A stretch of 48,102 nt of DNA from a virus (taxonomy: Duplodnaviria; Caudoviricetes). This document shows, piece after piece, positions 1 to 9,267 of the stretch; the stretch's first letter is position 1, and each line of letters begins with the position of its first letter. Below the pieces are notes generated by a model, which did not search any database, had not been told where the DNA came from, and worked only from the letters and a program-made list of their open reading frames with translations. The position numbers and the translations under genes were made by a program. The stretch covers positions 1 to 48,102 of IMG/VR virus record IMGVR_UViG_3300030330_000641; one strand, 5' to 3'.

Positions 1-1377
1 CTACGTCCTGCAGGTGCAAGACTAAAGACATTTGGTGGTAGATCATCTGGTCCAGAGCCTCTTGATGATTTGTTTAGATTTACTGTAGATATTTTTAAGA
101 AATCTGCAGGTAGACGTTTAAAGTCTATAGAGTGCCACGACATTATGTGTAAGATAGGTTCAGTAGTAGTAGTAGGTGGCGTAAGGCGTTCTGCACTTAT
201 AAGTTTATCTGACCTTGAAGACCAAGAAATGTCATTGGCTAAATCAGGAGAATGGTGGAGTGATGAAGGGCAAAGAGCTTTAGCAAACAACTCTGTATGT
301 TATCAGGATACACCTCCTGTAGGCATTTTTATGAGAGAGTGGCTAAACTTATACAACTCTAAGTCTGGTGAAAGAGGTATATTTAGTAGAGATGCTTCCG
401 TTAGGCAAGCAGAAAAAAATGGTAGAAGAGATTCTAAACATGAGTTTGGAACTAACCCATGCTCTGAAATTATATTAAGACCATATCAGTTTTGTAACTT
501 AACAGAAGTTGTAGTCAGAGCAGATGATGATATTGAAAGGTTAGCTAAGAAAGTAGAAGATGCTACTATACTTGGCACAATACAATCTACACTTACAGAG
601 TTTAAGTATCTACGAAAAGTTTGGCAAAATAATACAGAAGAAGAAAGACTTCTTGGCGTTTCACTTACAGGTATATTAGATAATCCTAGATTAGGAAAAG
701 CAGATGACCTGAAGAGGTTAAGACAAAGAGCTGTAGATACTAATTTAGGATTAGCAGAAATATTAGGTATACCACAGTCAACTGCTATTACCTGCGTAAA
801 ACCATCAGGCACAGTTTCACAACTTGTAGACTCTGCTTCTGGTATACACGCAAGACACTCGGCATATTACATAAGAACGGTTAGAGGTGATAAAAAAGAC
901 CCACTATCTCAGTTTCTTATTGATCAAGGTATACCACATGAGGATGACCTTATGCAACCAGAAAACACTGTGGTCTTTTCATTCCCTATGAAGTCTCCTA
1001 CCAAGGCAGTGCTTAGAGAAGACCTCAGTGCTATTACTCAGTTAGAAAACTGGAAAAACTATCAAGAACATTGGTGCGAACATAAACCTTCAGTCACTAT
1101 ATCTGTAAAAGAAGATGAATGGTTTGAGGTAGGTTCTTGGGTATATAATAATTTTAAAGATGTAGCAGGTGTTTCATTTTTGCCACACTCTGACCATACA
1201 TATAAACAAGCACCATACCAAGACATAACTAAAGAAGAGTATGATGCTTTAAGTAAAAAAATGCCACGAAATGTCGATTGGACATTATTATCAAACTACG
1301 AAAGAGAGGACAACACAACAGGTACACAAGAGTTGGCATGCAGTGCAGGTGCTTGTGAAGTTGTAGACATAACATGA
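1..1377 (+). CDS. nrdJ: Ribonucleotide reductase, probably class II (NrdJ/RTPR-like); 5'-truncated by the window edge
   Basis: Frame is open from base 1 (LRPAGARLKTFGGRSSGPEPL...). Motifs: VVVGGVRRSA, GTNPCSEI (thiyl-radical Cys), TCVKPSGTVSQL, and a C-terminal Cys pair ELACSAGAC. No beta subunit gene in the window. Confidence 0.85.
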   Translation, partial: LRPAGARLKTFGGRSSGPEPLDDLFRFTVDIFKKSAGRRLKSIECHDIMCKIGSVVVVGGVRRSALISLSDLEDQEMSLAKSGEWWSDEGQRALANNSVCYQDTPPVGIFMREWLNLYNSKSGERGIFSRDASVRQAEKNGRRDSKHEFGTNPCSEIILRPYQFCNLTEVVVRADDDIERLAKKVEDATILGTIQSTLTEFKYLRKVWQNNTEEERLLGVSLTGILDNPRLGKADDLKRLRQRAVDTNLGLAEILGIPQSTAITCVKPSGTVSQLVDSASGIHARHSAYYIRTVRGDKKDPLSQFLIDQGIPHEDDLMQPENTVVFSFPMKSPTKAVLREDLSAITQLENWKNYQEHWCEHKPSVTISVKEDEWFEVGSWVYNNFKDVAGVSFLPHSDHTYKQAPYQDITKEEYDALSKKMPRNVDWTLLSNYEREDNTTGTQELACSAGACEVVDIT

Positions 1378-1835
1378 TATCATTATTAGGAAGCCTTCTC
1401 GGATTTGGAACTTCTAGTCTCCCCATGATAATGGGATTTTTCGAGAAAAAACAGGCTAATAAACAAGAACTTTTGATGCTCGAGGCTAGGGCTCGCTATG
1501 CATCAGAACTAAGCAAACTAAAATTAAAAGAACTAGACGCACAAGCAGACATAGAAGAAGTAAAAGGTTTGTACAAACACGCTGAGTCGTTAGCACAATC
1601 AAACAAATCTACATTTGTATCTGCCCTACAAGCGTCAGTGCGACCAGTTATAACCTACGCTTTCTTTGCTATATTTGCATTTGTTAAAATTACTTATGTA
1701 ATAGTAGCAGTGCAAGAAGGAAGAGATGTATTGCCTGCTATACTAGAGGCATGGGATGATGAATCAAAAACCGTTTTTGCTGCCATTATAAGCTTCTGGT
1801 TTGGTCAACGTGTTTTTAAAACGAGAGGTAAATAG
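1374..1835 (+). CDS. Putative holin-like membrane protein (resembles the 3TM GTA-holin family)
   Basis: Hydrophobic N-terminus, coiled coil, SVRPVITY followed by a TM helix, and a C-terminal IISFWFGQR motif. ATGA overlap with the RNR gene. Confidence 0.6.
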   Translation: MISLLGSLLGFGTSSLPMIMGFFEKKQANKQELLMLEARARYASELSKLKLKELDAQADIEEVKGLYKHAESLAQSNKSTFVSALQASVRPVITYAFFAIFAFVKITYVIVAVQEGRDVLPAILEAWDDESKTVFAAIISFWFGQRVFKTRGK

Positions 1836-2575
1836 TGCCTGTAGATTTTTCAAAAGCTCCTGAAGGTCAAATGTCTCCTTTGTTTCCTTTTGCACCTATG
1901 ATAATGTATGCAAAGATGCCTATGGATATAGTTCGAAGATTAAATAAATATGTTAATAAAACTATAAAGAATGAAGAAAAAGCTAAAAAATTAGATCACT
2001 CTAATAATCTTGTAGGTAAACTTAAACAAGAATTTTTAATAGAGTCAGATGAGTTAGAAAAATATTTAGGATTTTTTAATAATGTTGTAGGTAAGTATTT
2101 AGATACAGATTTAAGTAGATCATTTAAAAGTTTAGCACAAGGTACAGGTTATGGTATAGAGTATAAATCAGCATGGATTGTAAGACAATTTGCAGGTGAA
2201 TATAATCCTGCACATATACATACTGAATGTAGCATGTCTTGTGTTGGTTATCTAAGATTACCTGAAAACATACACGAAGAATGGAAAGAAGATTATAAAG
2301 ATCATTATCCTGCAAACGGACACATAGAATTTTTACATGGTTCATCTGGTAAAATGCATCAACATACTTTAATGGTAAAGCCTACAGTAGGTGATTTTTT
2401 TGTATTTCCTGCCGACTTAATACACATGGTATATCCTTTTAAAAGTGAAGGTGAAAGAAGATCATTTAGTATGAACATAGAAGTACATCAAGAAAGATTA
2501 AATAAGGATGGAAAACCAATACAAATACCTAAAGCAAAAGAAGGACATATTGCAGGTGGTTTTGATCTTGCATAA
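1835..2575 (+). CDS. Putative 2OG-Fe(II) oxygenase
   Basis: AWIV...GEYNPAHIH (HxH), GDFFVFPADLIHMVYPF (distal His), RRSFSMN (2OG-binding RxS). GTG start with GAGG upstream. Confidence 0.8.
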   Translation: MPVDFSKAPEGQMSPLFPFAPMIMYAKMPMDIVRRLNKYVNKTIKNEEKAKKLDHSNNLVGKLKQEFLIESDELEKYLGFFNNVVGKYLDTDLSRSFKSLAQGTGYGIEYKSAWIVRQFAGEYNPAHIHTECSMSCVGYLRLPENIHEEWKEDYKDHYPANGHIEFLHGSSGKMHQHTLMVKPTVGDFFVFPADLIHMVYPFKSEGERRSFSMNIEVHQERLNKDGKPIQIPKAKEGHIAGGFDLA

Positions 2576-2596
2576 TTAAAATAAATATAATATAAC
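2562..2596 (+). promoter_or_regulatory. Possible sigma70-type promoter for the helicase
   Basis: TTGATC-N18-TATAAT (2562-2591) or TTGCAT-N17-TATAAC (2568-2596), followed by an AGGAG RBS. The region is very AT-rich, so the register is ambiguous. Confidence 0.4.
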
Positions 2597-2621
2597 ACTC
2601 TAACCTTTTTAGGAGAAAGAA

Positions 2622-3827
2622 ATGGAGTCACAAATAATATCCCTACTTTTAAGTAGAGAAAACTTTGATAAAGCAAAAGCTCTTGTTACAAAAGATATGT
2701 TTGATAAAAAATATAAAACTATCTTTGATGCAGTTATGCACTACCACACTAAGTATGAAGGTGATTTATCTAAAGATAATCTTTTTATAGTACACAAAAA
2801 TTTATATCCTGCCATGCCAGACTCTACTAGAGAGTTAGTAGAAGATGCAATAAAAGATATACCAGAAGATATAGAGGGTGACCCTCAGTTTGTAATGGAT
2901 ACACTTACAGAGTTCTGGCGTAGAGAGATGGCAAGAAAAGTAGGCGAAACAGCTATTGATATATGGAATGGTGACTCAGCTAATTTTGGTGATCTACGAA
3001 TGATGATTGACCAAATAATAAATCAAGATTCGGCTACTGGTATTCTGTCTATGCAAAGGGAGGAGACAGATGTTGAAGAATTGTTTCAAGACTTTGAGGC
3101 AGACCCAGATTTCCCTTTTCCAATAATAACATTATCTGATGAGGTAGCAGGCACATACCGAGGCAACCTTGGTATTATCTTTGCTAGACCTGAAAGCGGT
3201 AAATCATCTTTTTGTGCTTTCTTAGCTGCAGAAACAATACGCAAAGGCAACACTGTTGGGTATATAATGAATGAAGAAACAGCTAAAAGAATGAAGTCAA
3301 GAGTTCTTACTGCTTACTTTAATGTACACAAAGAAACTTACATGCAAGAAATAGAGACTATAAAAGAAGTTTACAAAAATGAAATAGAAGATAGACTTTT
3401 TATTATGGACTCTGTAGGCTCAGATATATCAGAGATAGACCAGTTTGCAAAACTAAATAAAATTGACGTGTTGTTTGTAGACCAGTTAGACAAGGTAAAG
3501 GTAGGCGGTGAGTTTAGTAGAGGTGATGAAAGATTAAAAGAGCTTTACGTAAATGCAAGAGAAATAGCAAAACGAAACAACTGCATGGTGTGGGCTGTAT
3601 CTCAGGCAAGCTATGACGCACACAATCGTCAGTTCTTAGACTTTGCTATGCTTGATGGTTCTAAGACTGGCAAGGCAGGTGAGGCTGATATAATTATAGG
3701 CATAGGAAAAAATCCTGGTGAGGATGATGATACTAGGTTTTTATGCGTTTCTAAAAATAAAATTTCAGGGTGGCATGGTCATGTTGTATGTGAGATAGAC
3801 AAACTTACTGGGAGGTATTACGAATGA
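2622..3827 (+). CDS. Replicative SF4 (DnaB-like) DNA helicase without a fused primase domain
   Basis: Walker A ARPESGKS, YIMNEE, Walker B LFVDQLD, WAVSQA, GEADIIIGIG, KNK. Confidence 0.9.
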   Translation: MESQIISLLLSRENFDKAKALVTKDMFDKKYKTIFDAVMHYHTKYEGDLSKDNLFIVHKNLYPAMPDSTRELVEDAIKDIPEDIEGDPQFVMDTLTEFWRREMARKVGETAIDIWNGDSANFGDLRMMIDQIINQDSATGILSMQREETDVEELFQDFEADPDFPFPIITLSDEVAGTYRGNLGIIFARPESGKSSFCAFLAAETIRKGNTVGYIMNEETAKRMKSRVLTAYFNVHKETYMQEIETIKEVYKNEIEDRLFIMDSVGSDISEIDQFAKLNKIDVLFVDQLDKVKVGGEFSRGDERLKELYVNAREIAKRNNCMVWAVSQASYDAHNRQFLDFAMLDGSKTGKAGEADIIIGIGKNPGEDDDTRFLCVSKNKISGWHGHVVCEIDKLTGRYYE

Positions 3828-4051
3828 GTAAAAAGTACATACATGTTAATATGCATAAAATTAGAGCTAATAAAAAACATGGAACAAACGAACCTGTTCT
3901 TACAGTTAAACAGGGTAAAAAAAATACTTATGGTCATAGTGTAGAAATATTAGGACCTAGCAAAGTAAGGTATGGTGGTAATGATAAGCCAATACTCCCT
4001 TGTGGGGCAAGAGTAGTTATTGAAACAGAAGCAGAGGTATTAATAACATGA
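3824..4051 (+). CDS. Hypothetical phage protein (75 aa)
   Basis: ATGA overlaps with both neighbours, GGAGG RBS. IHVNMHKIRANKK...LPCGARVVIET. Confidence 0.7.
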   Translation: MSKKYIHVNMHKIRANKKHGTNEPVLTVKQGKKNTYGHSVEILGPSKVRYGGNDKPILPCGARVVIETEAEVLIT

Positions 4052-4611
4052 TTTTAACATTAGATGTAGAAACTACTTTTATAAAAACAGACAAGGGTTC
4101 TGATCCGTCACCATACACTAGAGGTAATCAGTTAGTGTCTGTAGGTTTTAAAGAAGATGATAACCCTGTACAGTATGTGTGGTTTTATCACTCAAAGAAA
4201 GACCCTACACCAGACAACATGAAGATAGTACAAGATGCACTAGACAGAGCAGACGTACTGTTAGGTCACAATATAAAATTTGATTTACAGTGGCTGTTTG
4301 CATCTGGCTTTACATATGATGGTGCTGTATATGATACTATGGTGTTTGATTATGTATGGGCTAGGGGTGTTAAAGTACCTCTTAGTTTAGATGAATGTTG
4401 TCGTAGGCATAAAACGTCAACTAAGAAAAAGAAAGAAATTTTAGAAAACTACTTGAAAGAGGGTATAGGATTTGACATAATACCTGCAGACATAGTAGAA
4501 GAATACGGAATAGCTGATGTGCAGTCTACTTATGAAGTAGCTGTAAGTCAGTCTAAACAAGAAGGAAAAAGCATTGAGCAGATTGCAGCCTACACTGTAC
4601 CTGTCTTTTGA
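4048..4611 (+). CDS. 3'-5' proofreading exonuclease domain of a family A DNA polymerase (separate ORF)
   Basis: ExoI LDVET, ExoII GHNIKFD, YDTM, ExoIII YGIADV. Confidence 0.9.
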   Translation: MILTLDVETTFIKTDKGSDPSPYTRGNQLVSVGFKEDDNPVQYVWFYHSKKDPTPDNMKIVQDALDRADVLLGHNIKFDLQWLFASGFTYDGAVYDTMVFDYVWARGVKVPLSLDECCRRHKTSTKKKKEILENYLKEGIGFDIIPADIVEEYGIADVQSTYEVAVSQSKQEGKSIEQIAAYTVPVF

Positions 4612-6145
4612 GGTAACAAAAGTTTTAGCAGGTATGGAAAGAGACGGTATTAAGATAGATCGTCAAGCTCTTAACCTTGTTAAAGACGAGTACACAAAAG
4701 AATTAGAAGAACTTGGTATATTTTTAAATAAAGAAATAGCTAGAGTTATGGGTGATACGCCTATAAATTTATCTAGTCCAGATGATAGGTCTAAGTTATT
4801 ATTTTCTAGGGCAGTTAATAATAAAAAAACTTGGACAAATGTTTTTAATTTAGGTTATGAAGTTAGGGGTAATACAAAAAAACCAAAACGTAGAGCTTAT
4901 ATGACTGATACACAATTTAAAAGATCAGTTATAAATAACACTACAGTGCAATATAAAACAGAAGCTACTAGATGTAATCCTTGTAAAGGTTATGGTAAAG
5001 TGTCTAAAAAAAGAAAAGATGGTTCTTGGAGCACTGCTAGATATATATGTAAACCATGTTCAGGAACTGGAATACAATATATGCCTACATCACAGGTAGC
5101 AGGATTTAAATTAGTACCATTAAATACAAAAGCATGTAGCAGTGCAGGATTTAAAACTGATGCAGATGCTTTATCTTTATATTATGAAACAGGTAATGAA
5201 CAGGCAGTTGCATTTATAAAAGCCTATCTTAGATACAATGCCATTAAGACTTACCTAAAAACTTTTGTAGAAGGTATAGAAAAAAATTTAGATCACTCAG
5301 ATAGAATACATCCTCAGTTTATGCAGTGTGTTACAAGCACAGGCAGACTGTCATCTAGAAACCCTAACTTTCAAAATATGCCTAGAGGTAAAACTTTTCC
5401 AGTACGTAGAGCAGTTGTTTCTAGGTTTGAAGGAGGTAAGATTCTTGAAGGTGATTACGCACAGTTAGAGTACAGAGTAGCAGGTTACCTTAGTCAAGAT
5501 AAACATGTATACGAAAATGTCAAGGGTGGTGTTGATGTACACAACTTGACTGCTACTATTATAACTGGTAAAGATAAAAAAGATATTACGTCAGAAGAAA
5601 GACAAAATGCTAAAGCACATACTTTTGCACCTTTGTATGGTGCTACTGGCATAGGTCTACCTGAACATGTGCACAGATATTATTATCAATTTACAGAAGT
5701 ATATCCTGGAATTGGTGAATGGCACGATAGGTTAGCTCAAGAGGCTTTAAAATATAAAGTTGTGAGTCTACCTTCTGGTAGGGAATACAGATTTCCCTAT
5801 GTAAAAAGAACAGCTAGAGGCATTACACATGGAACTAGCGTAAAGAATTATCCTGTACAAGGGTTTGCAACAGCAGATTTACTTCCGTCTGCTTTAGTGT
5901 TTACCTTCGAGGAGTTTAAGAAAAAGAAACTTAAATCCCTGCTTTGTAATACAGTACATGATAGTATAGTGGTAGATGTACATCCTGATGAAGAAAATCA
6001 AGTAATTGAGACTGTCAAAGAATGTATGCTCTCCATCCCCCAGCAAGCTAAGAGAAGATGGGGCATTGAGTATGATATGCCTGTAGGCATTGAAATTAAA
6101 ATTGGAAGCAACTGGCTAGATACTAAAGAAGTTTTTTCTAATTAA
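4574..6145 (+). CDS. polA: Family A DNA polymerase, polymerase domain with a DnaJ-type zinc-finger insertion
   Basis: TSTGRLSSRNPNFQN, motif A DYAQLEYR, motif B RQNAKAHTFAPLYG, NYPVQG, motif C TVHDS. Also CNPCKGYG and CKPCSGTG. TTG start preceded by AAGGA. Confidence 0.93.
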   Translation: MSRLQPTLYLSFEVTKVLAGMERDGIKIDRQALNLVKDEYTKELEELGIFLNKEIARVMGDTPINLSSPDDRSKLLFSRAVNNKKTWTNVFNLGYEVRGNTKKPKRRAYMTDTQFKRSVINNTTVQYKTEATRCNPCKGYGKVSKKRKDGSWSTARYICKPCSGTGIQYMPTSQVAGFKLVPLNTKACSSAGFKTDADALSLYYETGNEQAVAFIKAYLRYNAIKTYLKTFVEGIEKNLDHSDRIHPQFMQCVTSTGRLSSRNPNFQNMPRGKTFPVRRAVVSRFEGGKILEGDYAQLEYRVAGYLSQDKHVYENVKGGVDVHNLTATIITGKDKKDITSEERQNAKAHTFAPLYGATGIGLPEHVHRYYYQFTEVYPGIGEWHDRLAQEALKYKVVSLPSGREYRFPYVKRTARGITHGTSVKNYPVQGFATADLLPSALVFTFEEFKKKKLKSLLCNTVHDSIVVDVHPDEENQVIETVKECMLSIPQQAKRRWGIEYDMPVGIEIKIGSNWLDTKEVFSN

Positions 6146-6148
6146 CAC

Positions 6149-6177
6149 TTGCAATTAATTTAGTTCTAGTATACAAT
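6149..6177 (+). promoter_or_regulatory. Sigma70-type promoter upstream of the SSB-like gene
   Basis: TTGCAA-N17-TACAAT in the intergenic gap, with an AAGGAG RBS before the ATG at 6210. Confidence 0.65.
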
Positions 6178-6209
6178 AATAAGATTGTGCAACTCATAAG
6201 GAGTAACAT

Positions 6210-7067
6210 ATGACACAACTAGCGACTACCGAGAGTGCAGACCTCGTAATTCCAGATAATCTGGATAAATTGTCTGCAGATCAACTAGCAGAATTAATTG
6301 GTCAAAAGGATGGAATAGAATCTCAATCCTCTGGCGATTCTTTTGCTAGATTATCAATTAACCACTCACCAGAAGATGATGCAGGTAATACGTTACCTAG
6401 AGGTCACTTTGCATTATACAACCCAAATACTAAAGAAAAAGTTTTTGGTAAAGACGTGACCTTAAGAGTCTTTGTGAGAAGGTTTATGTACAGCCTATGG
6501 GATAATGAGCAGGGTGCATACTCTGTCCGTAGCACTCAACAAGCTAAACTTAATGATCTCTTTCCAGATAATGAAGGCGGATATAAGTGTGGCAAACTAA
6601 CTCGTAAAGAAATAGAAGAGTTAGGTGCTGATTCTCCAGAAGCTGCTGCGTCTGCTATGGTTAAGTGTAATCAAGTATTGTACGGATTAGTTAATATTGC
6701 TGATGGTAAAACTGCAACAGGTGAAGATGCTCCTGTAACAGATGTGCCAGTAGTATTCTATGCTAAGGGGGCAAGCTTTACTCCTATATCTCAATTTTTT
6801 AAAGATGTAGATAGTAAAAACTTACTTTCTTGGAATGTTGTAGCAAAGATGAAATCTGTACGTCATAAGAATGGTGCAACTATCTACTATTCTAGTGACA
6901 TGTCTATATCTGATACAGTGGATTTTTCGAAAGAAGACAAAGAACTTTTAAAGAACTTTGCTGATTCGATTAATTCCTATAATCTCCGTGTATCAGATGA
7001 GCACACTGAAGCTAAAGGTGGTTTAAGTGTGGAAGATGCTATCGACCTTGCTGCTGTCGAGGCATAA
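6210..7067 (+). CDS. Probable single-stranded DNA-binding/annealing protein
   Basis: Lies between the DNA polymerase and an exonuclease, has its own promoter and a strong RBS, and looks beta-rich with an acidic C-terminal region. Function is inferred from synteny. Confidence 0.5.
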   Translation: MTQLATTESADLVIPDNLDKLSADQLAELIGQKDGIESQSSGDSFARLSINHSPEDDAGNTLPRGHFALYNPNTKEKVFGKDVTLRVFVRRFMYSLWDNEQGAYSVRSTQQAKLNDLFPDNEGGYKCGKLTRKEIEELGADSPEAAASAMVKCNQVLYGLVNIADGKTATGEDAPVTDVPVVFYAKGASFTPISQFFKDVDSKNLLSWNVVAKMKSVRHKNGATIYYSSDMSISDTVDFSKEDKELLKNFADSINSYNLRVSDEHTEAKGGLSVEDAIDLAAVEA

Positions 7068-7937
7068 ATGAACTCGATTCAAATACTCATACAAGATTAT
7101 TTGAAGAGAGGGATCAAGGGGGAGGCAGAAATGCCTTCCTCTTTGGTTCAAGAGTTTAAAGATTCCTGTGGTAAAGCATTAGAAAAACAGTTTTCTAGAG
7201 ACTCAAATGAATATAAATTACGTTTATCTGGTTTAGGTAAACCCCTATGTCAACAACAATCAGAAAAGCTAGGCATTGAACAAGAGTTTAGTTACAATGC
7301 AATTATGCGTTTTTTATTAGGAGATTTAGTAGAAGCTGCTTTAGTAGCAGTTATGAAAGCGTCTGGAATAGATGTGCAAGATGAACAAAAGAAAACAAAA
7401 ATTAATTTAGATGATACAGATATTAATGGAACTTTAGATATTATAATAGATGATAAGGTATATGACATTAAATCTGCTAGTCCATATGCGTTCCAAAATA
7501 AATTTGGAAAATTTGGTGGCTACTCTAAGGTAAAAGAAGATGATCCTTTTGGGTATGTAGTCCAAGGTTATGCCTATGCTAAAGGTGTAGACAAGCCATT
7601 TGGAGGGTGGATTGTCGTAGATAAATCGTCAGGTGAGGTCACGGTTTGTGAAGCTCCAGATATTCAAGAGCAAGAAAAAAAAGATGCTTTAGAGTCAGCC
7701 ACTGTTAATGTACGTAAGTTAAAGAAAACAAAACGAGTAGAAAAACAATTTAAGCCTGTAGATGAAATAGATAAAGGTGAACCTAATGGTAACAAACTTT
7801 TACCTAGAGAGTGTGGCTTTTGTGGATTTAGACATAACTGTTGGTCTAAAGCTAAATACATACCTAAACAAACATCTAGGGCAAAGAACCCTCCGTATGC
7901 ATGGTATACTAAGGTAGTTACAAATGCCCATTCTTAA
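7068..7937 (+). CDS. PD-(D/E)xK exonuclease, Cas4/RecB-like
   Basis: RLSGLGKPLCQ, GTLD...YDIKSAS, YVVQGYAY and C-terminal CGFCGFRHNC, giving a 1+3 Cys arrangement. Confidence 0.8.
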   Translation: MNSIQILIQDYLKRGIKGEAEMPSSLVQEFKDSCGKALEKQFSRDSNEYKLRLSGLGKPLCQQQSEKLGIEQEFSYNAIMRFLLGDLVEAALVAVMKASGIDVQDEQKKTKINLDDTDINGTLDIIIDDKVYDIKSASPYAFQNKFGKFGGYSKVKEDDPFGYVVQGYAYAKGVDKPFGGWIVVDKSSGEVTVCEAPDIQEQEKKDALESATVNVRKLKKTKRVEKQFKPVDEIDKGEPNGNKLLPRECGFCGFRHNCWSKAKYIPKQTSRAKNPPYAWYTKVVTNAHS

Positions 7938-8310
7938 AACTTACAATCTTTCTGTAGCAGACTTTACAGAAAATAAAAATGTGTATTATTTGTACCCTGA
8001 TAATTGGAGTCATCAAAAAGGGTCAGACATAATAAAGATACTTAGAGATAGTGATTTTGGTATATCTTTGTATGTAGGTTTATCTCCTGTAAAACCTTTT
8101 GATGAATCAAGAGGTATGAATGAATTAGATCAAAGTTTAGAAAAGGTACGTAACATTCTTCTACAGAAAGGTATAGTTGTAGTATTGATAAATGAATTTT
8201 ACGAAGCTATAGATTATGATAATGGTGAACCTTATGAAAAAGAAATAATAGATAATATTTTAGAATTATTAGACATGGGGCGTCCTAAAGATGTTGAAGT
8301 TACCTTATAG
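7924..8310 (+). CDS. Hypothetical protein (128 aa)
   Basis: ORF overlaps both neighbours within the operon. No recognised motif. Confidence 0.6.
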   Translation: MPILKTYNLSVADFTENKNVYYLYPDNWSHQKGSDIIKILRDSDFGISLYVGLSPVKPFDESRGMNELDQSLEKVRNILLQKGIVVVLINEFYEAIDYDNGEPYEKEIIDNILELLDMGRPKDVEVTL

Positions 8311-8659
8311 ATCAAAGTTTGAAATTAAAATTGCTGCAGACTTAGGTAAGAAAAAAATAAAATTTGATTATGAGCCTAAGACTTTTACATATGTACCTAA
8401 AATAAGGTCATACACTCCAGACTTTTACATAAAAGAAAAAGACTTTTACATAGAAGCTAAAGGTAGGCTTACAACAAATGATAGAGTAAAACATCTCATG
8501 ATAAAAGAACAGTGGGAAGATTTAGATATAAGATTTATATTTGTACAAGCAAACAATAAAATATTAAAAGGTTCAAAAACTACGTATGCAAATTGGTGTG
8601 ATAGGCATGGTTTTCTTTGGGCACAAGGAACTATACCTAAGGAGTGGATGGATGAGTGA
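8291..8659 (+). CDS. T7 endonuclease I-like Holliday junction resolvase
   Basis: YRSKFE, YTPDF, IEAKG, DIRFIF, KTTYANWCDRHGF. Confidence 0.9.
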   Translation: MLKLPYRSKFEIKIAADLGKKKIKFDYEPKTFTYVPKIRSYTPDFYIKEKDFYIEAKGRLTTNDRVKHLMIKEQWEDLDIRFIFVQANNKILKGSKTTYANWCDRHGFLWAQGTIPKEWMDE

Positions 8660-8996
8660 TGATGTAATTATTACTTTTCAAGATGATGATAGAGTAAAAA
8701 AATTTGTAGATGCACTTAAATTAAAAGAAGGTAACTTATATATTGTATTAAAACCAGAAGAAAATGGTTTTGAAATATTAGGTGCAGATAAACTTCCAGG
8801 CGATGTAGAAGAAGGTGCTGCAACTAAAATGTATATATTGTTTGCAGGTCTTATGCATATAGCTACAGAACAACAAGACTTAGTTATGGAAGCAGGTAAC
8901 TATGCTATACATAAAGAATTACTTAGAAAGAAAAAAAGAGAACATGAAAGTAGAGGAGATAATATAATTGCGTTTCCAGAACAAGAGGATGTTTAA
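8652..8996 (+). CDS. Hypothetical protein (start re-called at 8652, MSDDVIITF...)
   Basis: AAGGAG at 8639-8644 precedes the ATG at 8652. C-terminal DNIIAFP. Confidence 0.65.
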   Translation: MSDDVIITFQDDDRVKKFVDALKLKEGNLYIVLKPEENGFEILGADKLPGDVEEGAATKMYILFAGLMHIATEQQDLVMEAGNYAIHKELLRKKKREHESRGDNIIAFPEQEDV

Positions 8997-9267
8997 ATAT
9001 AACGAAAAGAATTTAATTAAACAAATTCTAGTTTATATAATAAACACTTACACACAACATTATTCTAAAAATAATTTACAAGCCACTGAAGTAATTATAG
9101 ATGCAGGCTACGGTAAAGGTTTTTGTATTGGTAATGTGCTAAAGTATGCACAACGATACGGAAAAAAAGGAAGTCACGAAGACCAAAGAAAAGACTTGCT
9201 TAAATTAATACACTATGCAATCATAGCGTTGTTCATTCACGATAAAGAAGGAGCCAGTAATGAGTGA
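8989..9267 (+). CDS. DUF3310/SaV-like phage protein (start probably 8989)
   Basis: TYTQHY...GFCIGNVLKYAQRYGKK...DLLKLIHYA pattern. Confidence 0.7.
   Translation: MFKYNEKNLIKQILVYIINTYTQHYSKNNLQATEVIIDAGYGKGFCIGNVLKYAQRYGKKGSHEDQRKDLLKLIHYAIIALFIHDKEGASNE

Noticed and set aside
7068-7937. Cas4-like nuclease as evidence of a CRISPR system
   Set aside because: Solo Cas4-like exonucleases are common in phage replication modules. No cas1, cas2 or array is present.
8586-8651. Longer N-terminus given in the ORF track for the 8586-8996 gene
   Set aside because: It overlaps the endonuclease gene, and a better RBS supports the ATG at 8652.
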